NCBI GenBank assembly: GCA_964016885.1
Contig: OZ024759.1
Coordinates: 13,144,001 to 13,208,000 of the forward strand
Source: Eledone cirrhosa
Taxonomy: Eukaryota
Direction of reading: 5' to 3'
DNA length: 64,000 bases
Position 1 is the first letter of the stretch, and each line of letters begins with the position of its first letter. The notes under the pieces were generated by a model, which was not told the DNA's origin, searched no databases, and saw nothing but the letters and a program-made list of their open reading frames with translations. Shown piece by piece: positions 25,189-38,504 of the stretch. A program made the position numbers and the translations under genes.

Positions 25189-25527
25189 GGAGGCACATGG
25201 CTTAGTGGTTAGAGCGTTGGCCTTGCAATCGAAAGGTTGTGAGTTCAATTCTCAGACCGGGTGATGTGTTATTTCCTTGAGCAAGACACTTTATTTCACA
25301 TTGCTCCAGTTTACTCAGCTGTAGAAATGAGATGATAGGGACTGGGGTCCATATCATTCCACTGCAAAGTGGTCGTGGAGGTGCCACGGCAAAAAAGCAC
25401 CCAGCACTCACTGTAAATGAGGTTGGTGTTAGGAAGGGCATCCAGCTGTAGAAATCAAGCCAGAATCAGTTCCCGTCCCACCCTTGCAAGCAGGGAAAAG
25501 TGGACGTAAAATGAAATGATGATGATG
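25189..25527 (+). mobile_element. tRNA-derived CORE-like SINE family B with RTE-type 3' tail (representative copy)
   Basis: Head TGGCTTAGTGGTTAGAGC...GAGTTCAATTCTC. Core ccttgagcaagacactttatttcacattgctccagtttactcagctgtagaaatgag aligns with the CORE domain. Tail ggaagggcatccagctgtagaaa...ggacgtaaaatgatgat. Other copies at 24775-25171(-), 30266-30603(-), 30946-31280(+), 42981-43355(+), 44525-44850(-), 45405-45698(-), 51078-51420(+). Confidence 0.85.
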
Positions 25528-25584
25528 ACATAGCGATAGATATGTTATTTATATGATGATATATATGAAAGCAAGATAGCTTAC

Positions 25585-25699
25585 CTTTTGGGTCATTATG
25601 AGTGAGTAACTGTATGTCTGAAGCCTTGGCATATTCAATCAATTCAGGTGGCATAGTACAACAGCTGGCCAGGTTTACCTGGTTTATACAGGGTTTTAC
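25585..25699 (-). CDS. GCLM: GCLM exon 6 (115 nt)
   Basis: VKPCINQVNLASCCTMPPELIEYAKASDIQLLTHNDPK, near-identical to the GCLM signature NQVNLASCCVMPPDL...DIQLLTHNDPK. Canonical AG and GTAAG ends. Confidence 0.96.
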
Positions 25700-26939
25700 C
25701 TGTTGGCAAATTAGATAAAATACACAGGTGAATAATACATAGACACAGACACAGACATATCTGCATACACACAGAAATATATATTTACATGCACATAGAT
25801 ATAGTTACACAGACACATACATATCTACATACACATAAATATGGTCACACATACACACAGATGCATATATATTTACATACATATATATAGTTACACACAC
25901 ACACAGACATATACATATCTACATACACATATACATGGTTACACAGACAAATACACATCTACATAGACATATACATGGTTACACAGAGAAATACACATCT
26001 ACATAGACATATACATGGTTACACAGACAAATACACATCTACATACACATATACATGGTTACACAGACAAATACACATCTACATACACATACACAGATAT
26101 ATACACATTTACATACACACACACATTCATATGGACACATATATATTTAAATACACATGTGGACATTATCACACACACACATGTGGATATGGTCACACAC
26201 ACAGACATACATATTTACACACACAGACTATGTTAGAAATTACAACTGTTTCTACTTTAGGCACAAGGCCAGCAATTTGAAGGGAGGGGAAAGTCGATTA
26301 AACCGACCCCCAGTGCATTACTGGTTCTTTATTTTATCGACCCCCCTTAAGGATGAAAGGCAAAGTTAACCGTGGCGGGATTTAAACTCAAAACGTAAAG
26401 GGACGTAACTCTATGCCGAGAAGCAGTGTCTGGCGCTCCACCGATACTGCCAAACCACCACCCTCAATATAATAACAATTGTTTCTAGTTTTGGCACAAG
26501 GCCAGCAATTACCCAGTGTATTACTGGTACTTCATTTTATCGACCCCCGTAAGGATGAAAGGCAAAGTGAACCTCTACGGGATTTGAACTCAGTCCGTAA
26601 AGGGACGTAACTCTATGCTAGAAAGCAAGGTGTCCGACCCTCTACTGATACTGCCAATCCACTGCCCTCAATATAATAATGGTAACAATAATGATTTCTT
26701 TATTACTACTACTAATATTAGTAGCAGCAGCAGCAGTAATGTAGAGGGTCGGACGCCATGCTTTGTAGCATAGAGTTACGGCCCTTTATGATCTGAGTTC
26801 AAATCCCGTCGAGGTTAACTTTGCCTTTCATCTTTACGGGGTCGATAAAATGAAGTACCAGTAATGTACTGGGGTAATTGCTGGCCTTGTGCCAAAAGTA
26901 GAAACAATTATTACTATTAATAGTAGTAGTAGTAGTAGT

Positions 26940-27007
26940 AACAAGACTGTCCCAAGGGCTACAACTAACCATTGCCTACTCAAACAGTTCATCAATAAAG
27001 TCCCTGT
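26940..27007 (-). pseudogene. GCLM: Diverged duplicate of the 3' end and donor of GCLM exon 5 inside intron 5
   Basis: Reads NRDFIDELFE*AM|GTTAGT versus the real DRDLLEELYEWAK|GTTAGT. Intron flank acaagactgtcccaagggctacaactaac versus acaagaccgtcccaaggtctgcaactaac. Confidence 0.75.
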
Positions 27008-28158
27008 TATTGAAGATTGTCCCGCCACCTTCTTTTAGTCAACAAGGGCAGGCTGTTTTATCCATCTTGTGACCTTGGCGAAAGAGGTTGTATGGTGGAC
27101 ATGCTTAACCCTTTTTTAAAGGTTGCCAATTTAAATTAAAATCTTCCAACATTATTTCATATAAGTACTTTATATTAACCATTTACTATTTAAACTGGCC
27201 GTATCTGGCCAGAATTCTCTCACCTCTTTCTGTTTAAACCGGCTGTAACTGGCCACTCATACTGATGTTAAGGTATTGTTCTCAAAATAAATAATATCAA
27301 AATCTCATAGATTCAATATTATGTGAGATAAAGCCTTTACCATGAAAATACAATAGTATATATAGAGTAATTTAAATGTTAAATGGTTAAATGGGTTGAA
27401 GATGCACTTTCCTCTTTGGCGAAGCCCTGATTAACTTCTTCAAGTTTCACTTGAGGAGGAAAATCAGGGTAGAGAGAGAAATGCTGCCTTCAAAGCAATT
27501 TGTTGAAAGGTGGGTGAGAGAGGTGAGCATGGCCTGGGTAAATGGGCCCACTCTGAGTGTGAACCTGTAGATTGGAGGAGTATAACTGGGACAAGGCACT
27601 TACCCTAAAGATCAGGGTATCTGGGGTTTTTTTGGGGGGGTTCCACAAATGACACTTAACCGTCTCCTCCCTATTGAGGAATCTTCTTTATTTTAATTTT
27701 GTTGTTATTGTTCCTTTTTAACATTGTTAAAATTTGATTACATTCAAAACCAACACATACACACACCAACACACACACACCAACACACTGTTTTCAGCCT
27801 GTACTGTCATAATGTTTTTCTTGATGTTAACCCTTATAGTTAATGAATAAATCATTATTATTATTATTATGTGAAGGGCGGTGGATTGGCAGTATCAGTA
27901 GAGGGTCGGACGCCATGCTTTGACGCATAGAGTTACGGCCCTTGCCATTCTGAGTTCAAATCCTGCTAAGGTTAACTTTGCGTTTCATCCTTACGGGGTA
28001 GATAAAATAAAGTACCAGTAATACACTGGGTAATTGCTGGCCTTGTGCCAAACGTAGAAACAATTATTATTATTATTATTATTAGTAGTAGTAGCAGCAG
28101 CAGCAGCAATATTATTAGTAATAGTAGTAACAAGACCGTCCCAAGGTCTGCAACTAAC

Positions 28159-28373
28159 CTTTGCCCACTCGTACAGTTCTTCAAGGAGGTCCCTGTCTAA
28201 ATCAGAGACTCCAGCGTTAAGCAGGATGTCATCATCATGTAACTCTTGTAAAACTTCCCAGTAGGGTTTTAAATGCTTCAACCTCAGTTCGTAATCTTCG
28301 TCTTCATCTTCAAACTCAGCGTGCCATGATAACAACACAGTTTCTATGTAGTCGACATCAAGTTCACTGAGAA
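28159..28373 (-). CDS. GCLM: GCLM exon 5 (215 nt)
   Basis: (V)LSELDVDYIETVLLSWHAEFEDEDEDYELRLKHLKPYWEVLQELHDDDILLNAGVSDLDRDLLEELYEWAK (HL.PYW and G.SDLD..LE.LY.WA motifs). Acceptor ttgttgtag, donor GTTAGT. Confidence 0.94.
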
Positions 28374-29247
28374 CTACAACAAAATACGAGAGACATTAGG
28401 AAAAAGAGAGAGATTGGTTTGGTTTTTATTATTATATTCAAGGGGCATTATCGGTAGAGGGTCTGACGCCATGCTTTGCAGCAAAGAGTTACGTCCCTTT
28501 GTGGTGCGAGTTCAAATCCTGCCGAGGTTAATTTTAATTTTGCCTTTCATCCTTACGGGGTCGATAAAATAAAGTACCAGTAATGTACTGAGATAATTGC
28601 TGGCCTTGTGCTTAAAGTAGAAACAATTATTATATTCAAGGGGCAGTATCGGTAGAGGGTCTGACGCCATGCTTTGCAGCAAAGAGTTACGTCCCTTTAT
28701 GGTGCGAGTTCAAATCCTGCCGAGGTTAATTTTGCCTTTCATCCTTACGAGGTCGATAAAATAAAATACCAGTAATACACTGGGATAATTGCTGGCCTTG
28801 TGCCAACTGTAGAAACAATTATTATATTCAAATATGAGTCTTTATATATATCATCATCATCATCATCGTTTAACGTCTATCTTTCACGCTAGCATGGGTT
28901 AGACAAGAGTTGTCCCACTTGAGGCAAGATTGGTCGGGTGACCGTGTCTCGCTCGTATAGGACTATCTGGCAGGTTTTCTACGGCTGGATGCCCTTCCTA
29001 ACACCAACCACATTTACAGTGTGGACTGGGAGCTTTTTACCGTGTTACCTACATGACCACATTACAGCGTGGACTGTGTGTTTTTTTGTCGTGACACCTG
29101 CACAACTCATTAGTTTGGACTGGATATATATATGTACACTCAGACACATATATATATATATATAAAGAATGTGGTGCCCCAACATGGTCACAGTCTAATG
29201 ACTGAAACCAATAAAAATAATATCATACAGAGAAAATGAAGACCTAC

Positions 29248-29307
29248 CCTTCTCAACTGCGTCTCTAACAATCGTAGCTGGTTGGTTGTTATATAAAAAT
29301 ATTTTCA
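29248..29307 (-). CDS. GCLM: GCLM exon 4 (60 nt)
   Basis: ttttgttttgcag acceptor. (V)KIFLYNNQPATIVRDAVEK. Donor GTAGGT; phases 1/1. Confidence 0.88.
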
Positions 29308-29639
29308 CTGCAAAACAAAAATAAAATGTTTCAATAGATGTACAGTAAATATTACAAAACAAACCACATTTTTGACATTTATTTATTACAAATACATTCT
29401 TTTTTCCATGGGAATAATAAAAATAAGCTATAAAAGTTTTTAGTTCCAACCAAATATTTCTCATGAAATGACAAATTCCCTTTAAAACTGTCTTGTCTAC
29501 AGCTTGACAGAATTTCATTTTACACCTGTTCTTTGTCAAAATAGTTCCATTGTTGGATCAAATTAATTTTAGACAATGTGAAAATAACTTGATTGTACAC
29601 ACACACATACATATATAAATACAACATATACAAGCTGAT

Positions 29640-29992
29640 ATATAACACACGTGGACATGCCTACAAAGTCAGAAAACAGCACAGCTCCCATGACTTTCGG
29701 AAACATTTTTTCACGCTTAGAGTTGCTGAAGTATGGAACAATCTCCCGGCATCAGTTGTTAGCTGTCGAGACACTGCATCCTTTAAAACCCTCATGCTTC
29801 CCGAAATTCGCCGAAACTACACCTGATGTCCCTCTTCCATACACATGCACACATGTGTATACCATGACTCATACACTGTTCATTTTCCTGACGTTTGTAC
29901 ATTACCCTATGTACTATACATACACTTTTGATGAGTTGTAGTGCACCTGAGCACTGTACACAATATTTTCATTATCATCATTATCATTATCA
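29640..29992 (+). mobile_element. CR1-type LINE 3' end
   Basis: TRGHAYKVRKQHSSHDFRKHFFTLRVAEVWNNLPASVVSCRDTASFK, the TRGH..K...FF..RV...WN.LP C-terminal motif of CR1/L2 ORF2. Confidence 0.8.
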
Positions 29993-32569
29993 TATACAGA
30001 ATCGGAGACAAGCTCACATATAAAACCATATTTGATGATCTTTCTATTACAGAGTCAGGTTCGATCTATAATAGGTCTTTCCTCGAGCTGATCGATAGTG
30101 AAACATATGTAACATGTTATTTAATATGCTAGGATGCAACACTGAATCCTTGTTCCTTTATTCTTATAGTATTTTACTCTGCTCTGCGCAAGCTTCGAGT
30201 GCTCATTCGGCATACCACCTATGGACGCAATTATTGTTGCAACCATACACCTATATATATATATATCATCATCATCATCATTTTACATCCACTTTTCCCT
30301 GCTTGCAAGGGTGGGACGGAAACTGATTCTGGCTTGATTTCTACAGCTGGATGCCCTTCCTAACACCAACCTCATTTACAGTGAGTGCTGGGTGCTTTTT
30401 TGCTGTGGCACCTCCACGTCCACTTTACAGTGGAATGATAGGGACCCCAGTCCTATCATCTCATTTCTACAGCTGAGTAAACTGGAGCAATGTGAAATAA
30501 AGTGTCTTGCTCAAGGAAACAACACATCACCCGGTCTGAGAATTGAACTCACAACCTTTCAATTGCAAGCCCAATGCTCTAACCACGAAGCCATGTGCCT
30601 CCATATGTATAGTATATTTGGCAATATACCGTATGTTTAATTAAAAACGTGTATACATCGCTATTTCAGAGCACCAATATATATATATATTTGAAAGGGA
30701 GTAAGAGTAAGGTTCTATACAAAACAGGGGTTATAGAGAAAAGGCTTTCCAGCATAGTTACGTCCCTTTACGGTCTGAGTTCAAATCCCGCTGAGGTTAA
30801 CTTTGCCTTTCATCCTTACGGGGTCGATAAAATAAAGTACCAGTAATGTACTGGATAATTGCTGGCCTTGTGCCAAAAGTAGAAACAATTATTGTATTTT
30901 TGTGGTAAAGGCTTTTTCTTACATAATTATTTCACATAATATCATGAGGGCGCATGGCTTAGTGGTTAGAGCATTGGGCTTGCAATCGAAAGGTTGTGAG
31001 TTCAATTCTCAGACCGGGTGATGTGTTGTTTCCTTGAGCAAGACACTTTATTTCACATTGCTCCAGTTTACTCAGCTGTAGAAATGAGATGATAGGACTG
31101 GGGTCCCTATCATTCAACTGTAAAGTGGCCTTGGAGGTGCCACAGCAAAAAAGCACCCAGCACTCACTGTAAATGAGGTTGGTGTTAGGAAGGGCATCCA
31201 GCTGTAGAAATCAAGCCAGAATCAGTTCCCGTCCGACCCTTGCAAGCAGGGAAAAGCGGACGTAAAATGATGATGATGATCAAATCTACGAGATTTTGAT
31301 GTTATTTATTTTGAGAACAATACCTTAACATCAATATGAGTGGCCAGTTACGGCTGGTTTAAACAGAATGAGGTGAGAGAATTCTGGCCAAAATGGCTGG
31401 TTTAAATGCTAAAGGGTTAATGTAAGGTACTTTATGAAATTATGTTGGAAGATTTTAATTTAAATTGGCAACCTTTAAAAAAGGCTTAAGCATGTCCACC
31501 ATACAACCTCTTTTGCTGGTTTGAACAGAAAGAGGCGAGAGAATTCTGTCCAGATACGGCCGGTTTAAATGCTAAAGGGTTAATGTGATGCAGTCACAGT
31601 GCTATTTTATACAAGAATGTCTTGTTAATGTGGTTCCAAACGGTACAGGATGTTACTAGTTAAACCATTAAAGTAGCAGTGGTTTGGGAGAAAATTACGT
31701 CTGCCAACAGTCTACATAGTAAGAGCATTAGTTTAAAAGTGTTGTGGTTAGAATTGACTGCAAAATACAGGTGTGAGTTAAATGGTGTGTGGAAATGACA
31801 AGATAATTTCTTACTGAATACTAAAATGTTGTTTTTGTGGTGTATAGTAAATTTGGTAGAGGTATTTATTCCACTGAATTTTGTGTCTAATTTCTTGGTG
31901 AATACTAAAATGTTGTTTGTAGTGTATAGTAAATTTGGTAGAGGTATTTATTCCACTGAATTTTGTGTCTAATTTCTTGGTGAATACTAAAATGTTGTTT
32001 GTGGTATAGTTGGTTTTGTAATGTCTTTTGTTAGAAATATGGTAATGAAAGGGCTAAAGTTTTTATCATCATTATCGACGTAGTCATTTAAAGTATGTTT
32101 TCTCTGCTCGCAAGTGATGGACAAGTTGTCACAGACCAAGCCTATATTTATTTGAAGCCACTGACCTCTCAGACAGGCCAGTGTCCTAGCATCCTGTTTA
32201 CATACATTTCCACACTTTATAGAATGCACCAAAGGAATTTTATTGCATGTTCATCTTACCTCATACTTTTACATAAAACCCTTTGTTAAGTTACGTTCCG
32301 AATATCAAATTAATAATGAGAACGTTAGTTATTTTACTAAATCCCTCTAATTTCTTGATTATTTGAAAAATATAGACAGTCTCTTTCATTAGAAATATCA
32401 TAACAAAAGAGTGGAAATGTTTATGTTTACCTTCCATCAAAATTATATGTAAGAACCTTTGTTCAGTTATGTTTCAAACATTAGCTTAATAATGAGAAAG
32501 TTAATTATATTACTAAATCCTTCCAAATTCTTGGTTTATTTTCAAAATTGCTTGAAAACCATATGTAGA

Positions 32570-33447
32570 GTCTTTTATTAGAAATATGGTAATGAAAGGG
32601 TTAATGATATAGACAGTGTCTTTCATTAGAAATATGGTAATGAAAGGGTTAATGACATAGACAGTGTCTTTCATTAGAAATATGGTAATGAAAGGGTTAA
32701 TGACAAAGACAGTGTCTTTCATTAGAAATATGGTAATGAAAGGGTTAATGACATAGACTGTCTTTCATTAGAAATATGGTAATGAAAGGGTTAATGACAG
32801 ACTGTCTTTCATTAGAAATATGGTATTGAAAGGGTTAATGACATAGACAGTGTCTTTCATTAGAAATATGGTAATGAAAGGGTTAATGACATAGACTGTC
32901 TTTCATTAGAAATATGGTAATGAAAGGGTTAATGACAGACTGCCTTTCATTAGAAATATGGTAATGAAAGGGTTAATGACAGACTGTCTTTCATTAGAAA
33001 TATGGTATTGAAAGGGTTAATGACATAGACAGTGTCTTTCATTAGAAATATGGTAATGAAAGGGTTAATGACAAAGACAGTGTCTTTCATTAGAAATATG
33101 GTAATGAAAGGGTTAATGACATAGACTGTCTTTCATTAGAAATATGGTAATGAAAGGGTTAATGACAGACTGTCTTTCATTAGAAATATGGTATTGAAAG
33201 GGTTAATGACATAGACAGTGTCTTTCATTAGAAATATGGTAATGAAAGGGTTAATGACAAAGACAGTGTCTTTCATTAGAAATATGGTAATGAAAGGGTT
33301 AATGACATAGACAGTGTCTTTCATTAGAAATATGGTAATGAAAGGGTTAATGACATAGACAGTGTCTTTCATTAGAAATATGGTAATGAAAGGGTTTATG
33401 ACAGAGACAGTGTCTTTCATTAGAAATATGGTAATGGAAGGGTTAAT
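32570..33447. repeat. ~44-48-bp minisatellite, ~19 copies, built from a MITE-like end (aaagggTTAA)
   Basis: Unit gacagtgtctttcattagaaatatggtaatgaaagggttaatgacata. Confidence 0.92.
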
Positions 33448-33604
33448 TATTGAAACAATATTTCTTACTTGTTACTGGGGTGGGGTAGTAGTAGTAGTGG
33501 TGGTAGTAGTAGTAATAGAAGTAGTAGTGGTGGTGATAGTAGTAGTAGTGGTGGTGGTGGTGGTGATAGTAGTAGTAGTGGTGGTAGTGGTGGTAGTAGA
33601 AGTA

Positions 33605-33645
<41 letters not shown>

Positions 33646-33724
33646 GTTGATGGTAGTTGTGGTGATGGTAGTAGTAGTAGTAATAGTGGTGTGGTGGTGG
33701 TGGTAGTAGTAGTAGTAGTATTAC

Positions 33725-33806
33725 CTGTTAATTTTAGTTCTGATCGATCTTCTTTCGGTAAAGCTTCTTTAAATTCAGAATGAATACAGTCAAGTTTTGG
33801 GATGTT
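33725..33806 (-). CDS. GCLM: GCLM exon 3 (82 nt)
   Basis: ccattgcag acceptor. NIPKLDCIHSEFKEALPKEDRSELKLT(V). Donor GTAATA. Matches the '..EREE(L/M)K(V/I)(T/S)VKLF' region of GCLM. Confidence 0.87.
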
Positions 33807-33978
33807 CTGCAATGGAGACAGTTCAATAATCAATCACTTTATATTGATTTCTAAAAACTTTAAAAAAAGAAACTGACTCAATATTAGGAAGTAAGGTGAT
33901 GTGTTGTCAGAATTGGTAGAGCGTCAGATAAAATGACATTGTGGTATTTTCACAAACAGCATACACATATATGTACCT

Positions 33979-34790
33979 CAGGTCTGAACACAGAGGAACC
34001 AAACTCCCACTGTCATCACCCCCCGCCCTCCCCATCTCTCATATACACCAGGTCTGAACACAGAGGAACCAAACTCCCACTGTCATTGCCTCCCGCCCTC
34101 CCCATCTCTCATATACACCAGGTCTGAACACAGAGGAACCAAACTCCCACTGTCATCACCTCCCGCCCTCCCCATCTCTCATATACACCAGGTCTGAACA
34201 CAGAGGAACCAAACTCCCACTGTCATTGCCTCCCGCCCTCCCCATCTCTCATATACACCAGGTCTGAACACAGAGGAACCAAACTCCCACTGTCATCACC
34301 CCCTGCCCTCCCCATCTCTCATATACACCAGGTCTGAACACAGAGGAACCAAACTCCCACTGTCATTGCCTCCCGCCCTCCCCATCTCTCATATACACCA
34401 GGTCTGAACACAGAGGAACCAAACTCCCACTGTCATCACCCCCCGCCCTCCCCATCTCTCATATACACCAGGTCTGAACACAGAGGAACCAAACTCCCAC
34501 TGTCATTGCCTCCCGCCCTCCCCATCTCTCATATACACCAGGTCTGAACACAGAGGAACCAAACTCCCACTGTCATCGCCTCCCGCCCTCCCCATCTCTC
34601 ATATACACCAGGTCTGAACACAGAGGAACCAAACTCCCACTGTCATCACCTCCCGCCCTCCCCATCTCTCATATACACCAGGTCTGAACACAGAGGAACC
34701 AAACTCCCACTGTCATCACCTCCCGCCCTCCCCATCTCTCATATACACCAGGTCTGAACACAGAGGAACCAAACTCCCACTGTCATTGCC
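33979..34790. repeat. 70-bp minisatellite, ~11.5 copies, in GCLM intron 2
   Basis: ggtctgaaca recurs at 33981, 34051, 34121 ... 34751. Confidence 0.95.
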
Positions 34791-34876
34791 TCTGTCTCTC
34801 CCGTGTGGAGATACTATGAAATAGCTTATTAAAATAAAATAAAATTAATAAAATGAAATAAAATAAAGTAAGTTAC

Positions 34877-34942
34877 CTGTAAATTGTCGGTGTTTGATGA
34901 TTCTAGGAATGACGATAATGTCCCCTTCACACTTTCAATAAA
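34877..34942 (-). CDS. GCLM: GCLM exon 2 (66 nt)
   Basis: Strong acceptor atttctcttcttcag. FIESVKGTLSSFLESSNTDNLQ. Donor GTAACT; phases 0/0. Size and position match what I recall for vertebrate GCLM exon 2. Confidence 0.8.
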
Positions 34943-36219
34943 CTGAAGAAGAGAAATTGGAAATAAATATTAGTTAGGCTGAAAATATGACAACTTCTTT
35001 AGTGTTGGTGCCACAATGAAACACAGTTTCCCCCCGGTATTTGCAGGGGTTACATTGCTAGAGCACCTGTGAAGAGTGAAAAACCACGAATATCCGACAT
35101 AGTCCATAAAAATGCTTATAAACGTCAAAATATAACGTAAAATCTAATAAAAAAGAGGGAGCATCTTATGTGAAGGTGCATCCAATAGGCTGGCAATTAC
35201 ATCATCATCATCACCATCATCATCATTTTTCGTCCATTCTTCCACACTAGCATGGGTTAGACAGGTTGTTCTGTTGTGGGCAGTGCCAGGTTGGGTGACC
35301 ATGTCTTGCTCATACGGGAGCTGATTTTGGCTTGATTTCTACAGCTGGGTGGTGTTTTTTTTTTTTACCATGGCTCCTACACAACCACTTTACAGTGTGG
35401 ACTGGGTGCTTTTTGTTGTGACACCTCCACGACCACTTTGCAGTGGGAGGAGATGGAGGCATATTGTCTATATGGTTCAGCTTTGGCTTGTACCCGTGGG
35501 TACAAGTATATCTAAACTATAATAAAGTATGGGGCTGCATACGGTTTATAATTTTAGTAAAATAAGTTGGATTACTTTGAATAAATAATGAATGAATATT
35601 ACATAATTTATCTACTAAATTTCGTGGCTGTTGATTAAATATATTTTATTGTTTATTTAAAGATTCACTTCTTTAAAATTTTCAAATGTCAACTTCCGGT
35701 TAGTGATCGCTTAAATAAACATTCCTATATTTCTGTCACTAATTTTCCCCTAATGCAGTTTATATATAATATCGTCTTTTTTTAATGTATCATGGATTAC
35801 GTTACTGATTACATAAGACAGTGTAACACAGTCTTCGTTCAATTTCTGTGTATATTGTCAATTACGATGTTATTTGATGTATATCATATCTACATGTATA
35901 TATATTTGTTTATAATAACAATATACACACTACACATGCTAGCAGGAAACCATCGGAAGGGTGGTTTTTCTGCTAGTTGTTTTAATAATTTAGCATTAAA
36001 AAAATGATTCTGCAAATATGCGTTGGTTTCCGCGTACAATTATTAGGTTCTAAGGAAAATTCCGCGACTAACTGGGATTGTGAATGTCAGGAGTAGACTG
36101 GATACACCCAGTACACTCTGGAAAATGATCAGGGCCATAGAAATCATGGCAAAACATGCAACCTTGCTCTCTCACTGAGTCCTCCATGAGCAAGAAAGCA
36201 GGGTCTTTTATAATAAACC

Positions 36220-38150
36220 TTGCTGTCTCAATGATGTCGTCCCTGAGTAAAGTAGCAACTTCCTGCTGTCTCAATGATGTCGTCCCTGAGTAAAGTAGCA
36301 AGGTCCCTTACAACCAACATTGCTGTCTCAATGATGTCGACCCTGAGTAAAGTAGGAAGGTCCCTTACAACCAACATTGCTGTCTCAATGATGTCGACCC
36401 TGAGTAAAGTAGCAAGGTCCCTTACAACCAACATTGCTGTCTCAATGATGTCGACTCTGAGTAAAGTAGCAACGTCCTGTTCTCTCAATGATGTCGTCCC
36501 TGAGTAAAGTAGCAAGGTCCCTTACAACCAACATTGCTGTCTCAATGATGTCGACCCTGAGTAAAGTAGGAAGGTCCCTTACAACCAACATTGCTGTCTC
36601 AATGATGTCGACCCTGAGTAAAGTAGCAAGGTCCCTTACAACCAACATTGCTGTCTCAATGATGTCGACTCTGAGTAAAGTAGCAACGTCCTGTTCTCTC
36701 AATGATGTCGTCCCTGAGTAAAGTAGCAAGGTCCCTTTCAACCAACATTGCTGTCTCAATGATGTCGACCCTGAGTAAAGTAGGAAGGTCCTGTTCTCTC
36801 AATGATGTCGTCCCTGAGTAAAGTAGCAAGGTCCCTTTCAACCAACATTGCTGTCTCAATGATGTCGACCCTGAGTAAAGTAGGAAGGTCCTGTTCTCTC
36901 AATGATGTCGTCCCTGAGTAAAGTAGCAAGGTCCCTTTCAACCAACATTGCTGTCTCAATGATGTCGACCCTGAGTAAAGTAGGAAGGTCCTGTTGTCTC
37001 AATGATGTCGTCCCTGAGTAAAGTAGCAAGGTCCCTTACAACCAACATTGCTGTCTCAATGATGTCGACCCTGAGTAAAGTAGGAAGGTCCTGTTCTCTC
37101 AATGATGTCGTCCCTGAGTAAAGTAGCAAGGTCCCTTTCAACCAACATTGCTGTCTCAATGATGTCGACCCTGAGTAAAGTAGGAAGGTCCTGTTCTCTC
37201 AATGATGTCGTCCCTGAGTAAAGAAGCAACGTCCTGCTGTCTCAATGATGTCGTCCCTGAGTAAAGTAGCAACGTCCTGCTGTCTCAATGATGTCGTCCC
37301 TGAGTAAAGTAGCAAGGTCTTTCAACCAACATTGCTGTCTCAATGATGTTGACCCTGAGTAAAGTAGGAAGGTCCTGTTGTCTCAATGATGTCGTCCCTG
37401 AGTAAAGTAGCAAGGTCTTTCAACCAACATTGCTGTCTCAATGATGTCGACCCTGAGTAAAGTAGGAAGGTCCTGTTCTCTCAATGATGTCGTCCCTGAG
37501 TAAAGAAGCAACGTCCTGCTGTCTCAATGATGTCGTCCCTGAGTAAAGTAGCAAGGTCCCTTACAACCAACATTGCTGTTTCAATGATGTCGACCCTGAG
37601 TAAAGTAGGAAGGTCCTGTTGTCTCAATGATGTCGTCCCTGAGTAAAGTAGCAACGTCCTGCTGTCTCAATGATGTCGTCCCTGAGTAAAGTAGCAAGGT
37701 CCCTTACAACCAACATTGCTGTTTCAATGATGTCGACCCTGAGTAAAGTAGGAAGGTCCTGTTCTCTCAATGATGTCGTCCCTGAGTAAAGAAGCAACGT
37801 CCTGTTCTCTCAATGATGTCGTCCCTGAGTAAAGAAGCAACGTCCTGCTGTCTCAATGATGTCGTCCCTGAGTAAAGTAGCAAGGTCCCTTACAACCAAC
37901 ATTGCTGTTTCAATGATGTCGACCCTGAGTAAAGTAGGAAGGTCCTGTTGTCTCAATGATGTCGTCCCTGAGTAAAGTAGCAACTTCCTGCTGTCTCAAT
38001 GTTGCCGTCCCTGAGTAAAGTAGCAAGGTCCTGTTGTCTCAATGATGTCGTCCCTGAGTAAAGTAGCAAACACTGTTACATCCAACATTGCTGTCTCAAT
38101 GATGTCGTCCCTGAATAAAGTAGCAAGGTCCTTATATCCAACATTGGCCT
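36220..38150. repeat. Composite minisatellite of 57-bp and 43-bp related monomers
   Basis: Both monomers begin tctcaatgatgtcg(t/a)ccctgagtaaagtag and end either aaggtcccttacaaccaacattgctg (57 bp) or aaggtcctgttc (43 bp). Confidence 0.93.
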
Positions 38151-38504
38151 TTGTTATTAACATCTCCCCTCCACCGTCCCTGTCAGGTCAAGGTCCCCAA
38201 CCCCCCCGATGTTGTTGATGTTATTGTTAATGTCACCTTGCAACTATTGTTAACATCACAATCTTTCTCTCACACACTTTAGTTTAGTTGGTTTGTGATT
38301 ATAATTGTGAAATGTACTTAATACACACATACATACATACATACATACATGCATACATACATACACACATATACACACACACATACATACATACACACAT
38401 ATACACACATACATATACACACATACATACACACACATATACATACATACACCCTCGCATATAGACACATACATACACACTCACATACATACATACACTC
38501 ACAT

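Noticed and set aside
25189-25262. tRNA gene-like sequences
   Set aside because: They are SINE heads: A/B boxes are present but there is no proper acceptor stem, and they are always followed by the SINE body.
2105-34942. Functional coupling of nucleoside hydrolase and GCLM as a gene cluster
   Set aside because: Convergent eukaryotic neighbours in unrelated pathways; adjacency alone is not evidence.
35022-35100. Tigger/pogo-like terminal sequence (cacagtttccccccggtatttgcaggggttac)
   Set aside because: Only one degenerate end is visible, with no matching second TIR.
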